A stretch of 24,000 nucleotides of DNA from Oscillospiraceae bacterium (GTDB lineage: Bacteria > Bacillota > Clostridia > Oscillospirales > Acutalibacteraceae), in assembly GCA_910574995.1 (NCBI GenBank), contig CAJTCS010000006.1, positions 81,979-105,978 on the forward strand. Direction: 5' to 3'. Shown in pieces: positions 9,225 to 17,343 of the stretch. A program made the translations under genes and the position numbers. Every line of letters starts with the position of its first letter. Position 1 is the first letter of the stretch. The notes below the pieces were generated by a model, which saw only the letters and a list, made by a program, of their open reading frames with translations, had not been told where the DNA came from and did no database searches.

Positions 9225-10043
9225 GTGGAAATCTACACATCAGCAGAGGGACAAAAACCCCTTGGGAGCATACAGGATGTTGAGGCCGCACTCAGCCAGT
9301 TTTCCATCAAAAAGAACTACAGAGGGTATCCCTATTTAGTCGAAGCCGTCAGCCGGGCCGCAGGGGCCTTCCCCCAGCGGCTGTCACTGGAAGAACTTTG
9401 CGCCCAGATCGCTGAAGCGAGGGGGGCGCCCCCAAAAACAGTCAGCCAGGACTTAAGGCGCATGGCCAAAAGCGTCTGGGACAGAAGCGCCAATTTTACC
9501 GTATATGAGCGCATCACAGGGTACAAGTTGCTGACGCGGCCTGAGCCGCTGGAATTCATATACAGTATGGCGGAGCATCTGCAGGTCACGAAAAACCACA
9601 GGATAGGGGTAAAACACATGCTGCAATTTGTAGACGGCAGGTTCCACGCACACGGCGTTTCCTTCACCCTGCCAAACGGGTTCTACCTTCACGATGAGAT
9701 ATTCCACCCGTTCAGCCTGTGCTGCCTTTCCCCCAATCAGAGGGTATACATTACGGTTGAGATCGCCCCAGACGGCAGGGAAGTTTTGTCGGCCCTGCAA
9801 GCCCTTTTTGAAGAGAACCCCAGCCTGCATCCTACTTCCGTTGTACAGCCGATTACAGTAAATGAGACAAGGGGATATGATGTCCTCTACGATTGCGACA
9901 ATATCAGCTACTACCAGGCCCGGCTCCGGTTCGCCAGGGGGCAGATCGTCACCTGCATCGCCCAATGTGAACAGGGTTCCCAAGGAAACCTCAAGAAGAA
10001 CCCCTCTGTACAGGCCCTGCTGCAGACGATCCGGGCAGAATAA
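9225..10043 (+). CDS. Spo0A_C-like DNA-binding domain fused to an uncharacterised ~140-aa domain (paralog of 10857-11288)
   Basis: GTG start with AAGGGGG upstream. The N-terminus YRGYPYLVEAVSRAA...LEELCAQIAEARGAPPKTVSQDLRRMAKSVW...RPEPLEFIYSMAEHL parallels the Spo0A C-terminal domain (IKGYLYLREAI...VERAIRHAIEVAW...PTNSEFIAMVADKL). The C-terminal half aligns with the next-but-two ORF. Confidence 0.7.
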   Translation: MEIYTSAEGQKPLGSIQDVEAALSQFSIKKNYRGYPYLVEAVSRAAGAFPQRLSLEELCAQIAEARGAPPKTVSQDLRRMAKSVWDRSANFTVYERITGYKLLTRPEPLEFIYSMAEHLQVTKNHRIGVKHMLQFVDGRFHAHGVSFTLPNGFYLHDEIFHPFSLCCLSPNQRVYITVEIAPDGREVLSALQALFEENPSLHPTSVVQPITVNETRGYDVLYDCDNISYYQARLRFARGQIVTCIAQCEQGSQGNLKKNPSVQALLQTIRAE

Positions 10044-10076
10044 AAAAGAGCGCCACAGGGACGCTCACAAACAGTT

Positions 10077-10262
10077 TTAGTTATTACCTTGTGCGGACGC
10101 AGTATCCATATTGGCCAAAGCATATTCTATCATTTGATTTATCAACTCATTCCTGCTGATACCAAACGCGGCCGCTTTTTGGTCAACTTCCAGTAAGGTA
10201 TCAACCGATATGCGCATAGAGATAACTTCCTTTTCCGGCTTCTTCGGAACAAATTTCGGCAT
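10077..10262 (-). CDS. Ribbon-helix-helix (CopG/Arc-like) DNA-binding protein
   Basis: ISMRISVDTLLEVDQKAAAFGISRNELINQMIEYAL follows the beta-strand/helix/helix RHH pattern. AGGGAGGA lies 9 nt upstream of ATG 10262, whereas the GTG at 10271 abuts the RBS. Confidence 0.7.
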   Translation of the reverse strand: MPKFVPKKPEKEVISMRISVDTLLEVDQKAAAFGISRNELINQMIEYALANMDTASAQGNN

Positions 10263-10278
10263 GATACCCACTCCTCCC

Positions 10279-10308
10279 TTGACAAAATTATATCCTATTT
10301 GCTATAGT
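10279..10308 (+). promoter_or_regulatory. Sigma-70/SigA-type promoter for the SLOG gene, overlapping the divergent RHH gene RBS
   Basis: TTGACA (10279-10284), an 18-nt spacer, then TATAGT (10303-10308). The leader carries TAAAATAGA twice and the palindrome TATGTA-N8-TACATA, which are possible operators. Confidence 0.6.
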
Positions 10309-10366
10309 ATGGATATATTCTAAAATAGATATGTAAAATAGAATACATACCAAGTGAGGGAGAAAA

Positions 10367-10843
10367 ATGCGGGAAAAGACCTGCTGCTTCACCGGCCACC
10401 GCAACATACCGCCAGAAGAAGTAGAGGGCATCCGGCAAAAGCTGGAAGCGACCATCCTGGAACTGTACAGCCAGGGCGTCATTTATTACGGGGCCGGGGG
10501 CGCGCTGGGCTTCGATACCCTTGCAGCCGAAGCAGTCCTGCACTTACGGGATAATGGCTGTCCCAACCTGCGGCTGATTTTAGTGCTGCCCTGCCCGGAT
10601 CAGACCAGGGGCTGGAAAGCAGAAAACATAGCGCGGTATGAGGAAATTAAGGGAAGGGCAGACAAAATCGTGTACACCAGCCAAGCCTATACCCCCGGCT
10701 GTATGCACAAGCGCAACCGCCACCTGGTGGACAACAGCAGCGTGTGCGTCTGCTACCTGACCCAGAACCGGGGCGGCACGGCCTATACAGCAGGTTACGC
10801 AGAAGAACACAGGCTCCATGTGATAAACATCGCAAAGATGTAG
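10367..10843 (+). CDS. SLOG superfamily protein, DUF1273 / YpsA-like
   Basis: The N-terminus KTCCFTGHRNIP...LYSQGVIYYGAGGALGFDTLAAEAVLHLR matches the DUF1273 signature (F.GHR......G...F..GGA.G.D...AE.VL.L). RBS GAGGGAG lies 7 nt before the ATG. Confidence 0.75.
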   Translation: MREKTCCFTGHRNIPPEEVEGIRQKLEATILELYSQGVIYYGAGGALGFDTLAAEAVLHLRDNGCPNLRLILVLPCPDQTRGWKAENIARYEEIKGRADKIVYTSQAYTPGCMHKRNRHLVDNSSVCVCYLTQNRGGTAYTAGYAEEHRLHVINIAKM

Positions 10844-10856
10844 AAAGAGGGGGCGT

Positions 10857-11288
10857 ATGTTACAATTTAAAGACGGCAAGTTCCATGCTTATGGCCTATC
10901 CTTTGCCCTGCCGGATGGGTTCTATTTAGATAGTGATCCTGACACGCCCTATGAATACGGGCTGTGCTGCTGCTCACCTGACGAAACAATATATTATGGC
11001 ATCTATGTGGACTGTGAGCATGAGGATCTCCGGGAGGGAATAGAGTTGCTTTTTGAGCCGGGAAGCGGTATGTACCAGACATCCGAAATAAGACCTGTTG
11101 TGTTAAACGGGCTGGCTGGCTTCGAGGTTACTTCCTATGACAGGGAATGCGATTACTATGAAACCCACCTTCAGGCATCGGAAGGCCCTGTGCTTATCTT
11201 TCATGCCCACTGTGAAAAGGGCCGGCTCGCGGACATAAAACATCACCCGGATACGCAAGCTGTCCTGCAGGCCATATCGGCGGATTGA
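10857..11288 (+). CDS. Hypothetical protein; stand-alone copy of the unknown domain fused to the Spo0A_C-like protein
   Basis: RBS AGAGGGGG lies before ATG 10857. MLQFKDGKFHAYGLSFALPDGFYL...CCCSP...HPDTQAVLQAISAD aligns along its full length with MLQFVDGRFHAHGVSFTLPNGFYL...CCLSP...NPSVQALLQTIRAE from 9618-10043. Confidence 0.7.
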   Translation: MLQFKDGKFHAYGLSFALPDGFYLDSDPDTPYEYGLCCCSPDETIYYGIYVDCEHEDLREGIELLFEPGSGMYQTSEIRPVVLNGLAGFEVTSYDRECDYYETHLQASEGPVLIFHAHCEKGRLADIKHHPDTQAVLQAISAD

Positions 11289-11308
11289 TGTGCCAGCACA
11301 GATCAGCA

Positions 11309-11337
11309 TTGCAAATCTACTGCAAAAATATTATACT
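11309..11337 (+). promoter_or_regulatory. Candidate SigA-type promoter upstream of the nuclease-RT gene
   Basis: TTGCAA (11309-11314), a 17-nt spacer, then TATACT (11332-11337). Confidence 0.55.
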
Positions 11338-11378
11338 GAAAGCCAGGAATGCAAGCTAGAACCGTATTTCTGGCTTTC
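11338..11378 (+). other. 9-bp stem hairpin between promoter and nuclease-RT start
   Basis: GAAAGCCAG (11338-11346) pairs with CTGGCTTTC (11370-11378) around a 23-nt loop. The left arm abuts the -10 box, so the TSS may fall inside it. Either the promoter call or the RNA-hairpin interpretation may therefore be wrong. Confidence 0.4.
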
Positions 11379-11405
11379 AGTATATCCCGAAAGGGTGGGA
11401 GTCCC

Positions 11406-14291
11406 GTGAAAATCGTAAGCTGGAACGTCAACGGTCTGCTGGCCTGCATGGAGAAAGGCGGCTTTTTCCCCATTGCCCGTATGCAGCCGGACATCGTGTG
11501 CTGCCAGGAGGTTAAGACCCACCAGCAGCCGGAGGTGCTGCCCGGATATCACCACTACTGGAACCCCAGCCAGCGCCACGGCTACGCCGGAATGCTTACC
11601 ATGTGCCAGCAGGAACCGCTCTCTGTCCGCAGGGGGCTGGGCGTCCCTGAGTTGGACATGGAGGGGCGGCTTCTAACTTTGGAATTCCCCTCCTTTTTCC
11701 TCCTGAACGCCTACTTCCCCAATTCACAGGACGGGCCGCACCGCCGCGCATACCGGGGCGCGTGGGATGCGGCCTTTTTTGATTTTGTGCGGAGGCTGGA
11801 ACAGGAAAAACCCGTGGTGATCTGCGGCGATTTCAACGTGACCCGTTCGACAATAGACGTTTTCCCCGGCAATACCCGGCTTATGGAAGCAGAAGCCGGG
11901 TACATGTCAGAGGAACGGGCGGCGCTGGAAAAGCTGCTGGCAAGCGGGTTTGTGGACGTTTACCGGCATATAAACCCGGAACAGGCCGGGGCTTACACCT
12001 GGTGGAGCCACCGCTTCCACAAGCGGGACAGGGACGACGGCTGGCGGCTGGATTACTTCCTGGTATCCCGGAAAATCAGCCGGAAAATCGGCGCTGTTGC
12101 CCATCACGCGGAAATCCTGGGGTCCGATCATTGCCCTGTGGGGCTGGACATACACCTTTCCTGGCAAAGCACACTGCCATATCAAAAGGGGCAGGTACGG
12201 CAGAAGCGCCCGAAAATTGACTTCCCGGACGAGTACCTGGCCGAGCTATGGGAGCAAACGGATTGGGACGCCGCAGAGGAAGCCCTGGCAAACCTTCAGC
12301 GGGAACTGGCCCAGGCCGCTTCCCACAGGGACATGGAGAAAATCACGGCGCTGCAAAAACGGCTGGTACGGCTGCCCGTATGCAAATTCCTGGCTGTGCG
12401 CAGGGTGTGCGCCGGAAACTCCGGGCCGGGGCTGGACGGGGTAAAGTGGAAAACCGCCGCCGACAAGGCACGGGCCGCGCTTCTGCTCAATTCCGATGGC
12501 TACCGGGCACAGCCCCTGCGGAATATCAAGGTACATTCAAAGTCTACAGGCCGCGACCGCATGATGGGCCTGCCCACCTTTTTCGACCGGGCCATGCAGG
12601 TACTCTACGGCTTCTCCCTCCTCCCTGTGCTGGAAGCCTGGGCAGAGAAAAAGTCCTTTGCGTTCCGGGAGGGGCGTTCCATGCAGGACTGCCATGCCTA
12701 TATCCTGCAAGCCCTGCAAGGCCGGGACGCGCCGGGGCTGGTGCTGCTGGCAGATGTGCAGGCGTACTATTCCCACATCCAGCACGGCTGGCTGCTGGAA
12801 AATGTGCCCATGGACAAGAAGGTGCTGGGGGAATTCCTGCGGGCCGGGTATGTGTTCGCCGGGGAACTGTTCCCGGAAGAAGAAGCGGGGTTGTCCCTGG
12901 GTTCCAATATCTCTCCAGCCCTTGGGAACTTTGTGCTGGATGGTTTACAATCCTATATTTATAAACAGCTCTATGGCACAGGGCCGATAGACTATCCAAA
13001 CGGTTCCCTCGTCCGCTTTGCCGATGACCTCCTGATAACCGTCCGGACAGGGCAGGACGCAAAGGACATCCAGGCCATCGTCGAAGATTTCCTCCGGCAG
13101 CGCGGGCTTATGCTCTCTGGGAAGAAAACAAAGGTTGTTCCCGTGTATGACGGCTTTACTTTCATGTCCCACCACTACCAAAAGAGGGACGGTTGGGTTT
13201 ACACCGCCCCGTCCCGTTCTGCCATTGACCGATGCAAGCAGGGGCTTCATGAGCTGATAACCACCCACAAGCGTTCCCAAAGGGAATTGATAGAATCCGT
13301 CAACCGCAAGCTCACCGGCTGGGCCACCCACCACCGCTACACAGACGCACAGGCGGCGTTTGTGGAAATAGATGGGTATGTGGACAAGCTGCTGCACCAG
13401 TCGGCCTACTCCAAGCACCCCCGCATGGCCCCCAAAAAGGTAGACAGCCGGTATTGGTTCCAGACCCCGGCAGGGGCCAGCTATTATGCCCTGCCAAACA
13501 GCCGCCACATCCATGTGAAGCACCTGTCCGACGTGCCTATAGTAGAAGCCTATGAAAAGCTGGATATGCGCAAAAACCCCTATGTGGACAGGGAATACTT
13601 CCGGCAGCGCCATGACAGGCAGGCCATCGAAAAAATGACAGGGAAATACCGCACGGTCTGGAAGCGCCAGGAAGGGCGGTGCTATTACTGCGGCAGGCCC
13701 ATCCTGCCCGGCCAGCCCCGGCCAGTGGTGCCGGTTGACTTGGAACAAGGGCCGCTGGTTTCCAACCTCGCGTACATCCATACCGCTTGTAAAGCCAACG
13801 AATTGCAGGTACGGGATGTGCTGGGGGACGTAACCGTATACAGCCCCAGGGAGCTGCTGGAAGCTGTGCCGGAAGTTGAAACGGCTGGCTTGCCGGAACC
13901 AAGCCGTAAAACAAAAGGCCCCATTGGCGCGGGCTGGATACATATGCCGCTAAAGCAATGGTTTGCAAAACAGACGGCGGCATCTATCACATTGACCTTT
14001 GCGGAACTGGAAAAAATCGACCATCGACCCCTGGCCCCCTCTGCCCGGAACAGCCGGGCCAACTGGTACACCCGGCCCGACAAGAACGCCATGGCCGAGG
14101 CATGGGTGACAGAGGGGTATAAGATTTTCCGGTTGAGCCTGGAAAAAGAAAAGGTGACGTTCCATCGTGTCCTGGAGGGGGCGTCCCATGTGAAGCTGCC
14201 AGGGTGGCTTAAAGAAGGAAAGATACCGGATGGAGCTGCGGCAGAGATAGAAGGGTTTTTGGCGTATATCAAGGGGAAATACGGGCTTTGA
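11406..14291 (+). CDS. Fusion protein: ExoIII/APE-type EEP nuclease + group-II-intron-like reverse transcriptase with maturase/thumb + Cys/His knuckle + unknown C-terminal domain
   Basis: GTG 11406 lies after GGGTGGGAG and gives VKIVSWNVNG, the usual ExoIII N-terminus; ATG 11349 gives the longest ORF. EEP motifs: SWNVNG, CQEVK (E at 11508), GDFNV (11826-11840), WRLDYFLVS, GSDHCPV (12120-12140). RT motifs: NSGPGLDGV (12420-12443), LLADVQAYYSHI, SNISPALGNFVL, VRFADDLLI (FADD at 13017-13028), SGKKTKV, DGFTFMSH. Thumb/X domain: LTGWATHHRY (13311-13340). CYYCG...HTAC spans 13680-13790. Confidence 0.85.
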   Translation: MKIVSWNVNGLLACMEKGGFFPIARMQPDIVCCQEVKTHQQPEVLPGYHHYWNPSQRHGYAGMLTMCQQEPLSVRRGLGVPELDMEGRLLTLEFPSFFLLNAYFPNSQDGPHRRAYRGAWDAAFFDFVRRLEQEKPVVICGDFNVTRSTIDVFPGNTRLMEAEAGYMSEERAALEKLLASGFVDVYRHINPEQAGAYTWWSHRFHKRDRDDGWRLDYFLVSRKISRKIGAVAHHAEILGSDHCPVGLDIHLSWQSTLPYQKGQVRQKRPKIDFPDEYLAELWEQTDWDAAEEALANLQRELAQAASHRDMEKITALQKRLVRLPVCKFLAVRRVCAGNSGPGLDGVKWKTAADKARAALLLNSDGYRAQPLRNIKVHSKSTGRDRMMGLPTFFDRAMQVLYGFSLLPVLEAWAEKKSFAFREGRSMQDCHAYILQALQGRDAPGLVLLADVQAYYSHIQHGWLLENVPMDKKVLGEFLRAGYVFAGELFPEEEAGLSLGSNISPALGNFVLDGLQSYIYKQLYGTGPIDYPNGSLVRFADDLLITVRTGQDAKDIQAIVEDFLRQRGLMLSGKKTKVVPVYDGFTFMSHHYQKRDGWVYTAPSRSAIDRCKQGLHELITTHKRSQRELIESVNRKLTGWATHHRYTDAQAAFVEIDGYVDKLLHQSAYSKHPRMAPKKVDSRYWFQTPAGASYYALPNSRHIHVKHLSDVPIVEAYEKLDMRKNPYVDREYFRQRHDRQAIEKMTGKYRTVWKRQEGRCYYCGRPILPGQPRPVVPVDLEQGPLVSNLAYIHTACKANELQVRDVLGDVTVYSPRELLEAVPEVETAGLPEPSRKTKGPIGAGWIHMPLKQWFAKQTAASITLTFAELEKIDHRPLAPSARNSRANWYTRPDKNAMAEAWVTEGYKIFRLSLEKEKVTFHRVLEGASHVKLPGWLKEGKIPDGAAAEIEGFLAYIKGKYGL

Positions 14292-14307
14292 ATCTGGGTG
14301 GATTTCT

Positions 14308-14335
14308 GCATTACTATATTTCTATATAGTAATGC
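14308..14335 (+). terminator. Perfect 12-bp hairpin after the nuclease-RT gene (terminator-like, weak U tract)
   Basis: GCATTACTATAT (14308-14319), loop TTCT, ATATAGTAATGC (14324-14335), followed only by GGTTTAAAAG. Confidence 0.45.
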
Positions 14336-14528
14336 GGTTTAAAAGCCGTTACATGTATTCCCCATACAATATAAGCCGGTTCTTATATGTAGGAATTTCA
14401 CAAAACAGAGAGAGCGTTCCCGTTGGTATTTTGGCTGGATTGGATATGGATACCCCGCCGAAATCTTGGTAATATGTAGAGAGCAAAGGATAAAGAAAGG
14501 GGGAGCCTCACTGGATACATTTACAAAC

Positions 14529-16664
<2,136 letters not shown>

Positions 16665-16665
<1 letters not shown>

Positions 16666-16698
16666 TGGCTATCAAAAGGTGTACTTTTTGATAGCCAC
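16665..16698. repeat. Palindromic site (13-bp perfect arms) at the recombinase stop codon; candidate left recombination site and/or terminator
   Basis: GTGGCTATCAAAA (16665-16677), GGTGTACT, TTTTGATAGCCAC (16686-16698), then TTTTTC. The reverse complement of 16665-16692 matches 16807-16834 at 25/28 positions. Confidence 0.6.
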
Positions 16699-16710
16699 TT
16701 TTTCATCTGT

Positions 16711-16739
16711 AGAATACCACATTTTCCCTGAAAATGCAA
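16711..16739 (-). promoter_or_regulatory. Candidate extended -10 promoter inside the IR-bounded segment, currently pointing toward the recombinase gene
   Basis: The minus strand reads TTGCAT (16739-16734), a 17-nt spacer ending in TGg, then TATTCT (16716-16711). A small hairpin (TTGCCG TTA CGGCAA) that reads hairpin plus T-run on the minus strand lies upstream of it. Confidence 0.45.
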
Positions 16740-16806
16740 GAGCTGGAGTATGATTGATGAACTATTTCACAAAAAATTTTTGCCGTTACGGCAAAGGCAG
16801 GGCTGA

Positions 16807-16834
16807 ATCAAAAAGTACACAACTTGATAGCCAC
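16807..16834. repeat. Right copy of the recombinase-adjacent repeat, inverted relative to 16665-16692
   Basis: ATCAAAAAGTACACAACTTGATAGCCAC compared with the reverse complement of the left site, ATCAAAAAGTACACCTTTTGATAGCCAC. The 3 mismatches are clustered. Confidence 0.6.
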
Positions 16835-16856
16835 CCGGATGAAGGAGGTGTTGGCT

Positions 16857-17222
16857 GTGGCGGAGGCTGCGCAGCGCATGGATTTACTTGCAGAATATGA
16901 GGAGCTTTTGCGCTATTGCCCTATGCTCACCACAGACCCGGAAACCGTGCAGGGGCTGGATTTTTACACGCTGCAAGTGCTGTCCACCGCTGCCCGGGGA
17001 AACTGCCGCCAGCGCAAGGAGCTGCAGAAAAAGGGCATCGCCCAGGCCAAGGCCCAGGGAGTGCAGTTTGGCAGGCCCAAGGCCGCTGTGCCAAAGAATT
17101 TCAAGAGAATAGTCGAGGCTTGGCACATGGGCGAGATTTCCCGCCTGGAGGCTATCCGACAGAGCGGCTTGACCTCCGCCACCTTTTACCGCTATTTGAA
17201 AAAGCTGCGGGAACAAGGCTAG
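16857..17222 (+). CDS. Resolvase C-terminal HTH-domain-only protein (recombinase remnant or stand-alone HTH_7-like regulator)
   Basis: RKELQKKGIAQAKAQGVQFGRPKAAVPKNFKRIVEAWHMGEISRLEAIRQSGLTSATFYRYLKKL parallels the recombinase tail [64 protein letters not shown]. There is no catalytic Ser domain. GAAGGAGG at 16841-16848 favours GTG 16857. The ORF-track TTG 16824 lies in the repeat, and ATG 16878 is also possible. Confidence 0.55.
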   Translation: MAEAAQRMDLLAEYEELLRYCPMLTTDPETVQGLDFYTLQVLSTAARGNCRQRKELQKKGIAQAKAQGVQFGRPKAAVPKNFKRIVEAWHMGEISRLEAIRQSGLTSATFYRYLKKLREQG

Positions 17223-17343
17223 TGCTTATGCGCGGGACGTAAAGGCCATGCGCTTTACATAAGCAAATTCGAGAGGAAGGAGACAGATAACTGAACGTTT
17301 ACAACCGAGACCGACCAATTCATTTTAGGAGGTATGAAATCAA

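Noticed and set aside
11711-14311. Alternative-frame and antisense ORFs within the RT gene, e.g. 12248-12964 (+, 238 aa), 12945-13943 (-, 332 aa), 13685-14311 (-, 208 aa), 12544-13062 (-, 172 aa)
   Set aside because: Their products are Pro/Gly/Arg/Ala-rich and low-complexity, as is typical of off-frame reading of GC-rich coding DNA. The main frame carries dense nuclease and RT motifs.
11289-14528. Mobile group II intron
   Set aside because: The RT is clearly group-II-like. However, only 117 nt lie upstream of it and ~240 nt downstream. I could find no domain V-like helix and no room for domains I-III. The interval upstream is occupied by a promoter-like signal instead.
11289-14528. Retron (msr/msd next to the RT)
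   Set aside because: The RT carries a maturase-type thumb and group-II motifs rather than retron features. I saw no a1/a2-type flanking inverted repeats. This cannot be fully excluded without RNA data.
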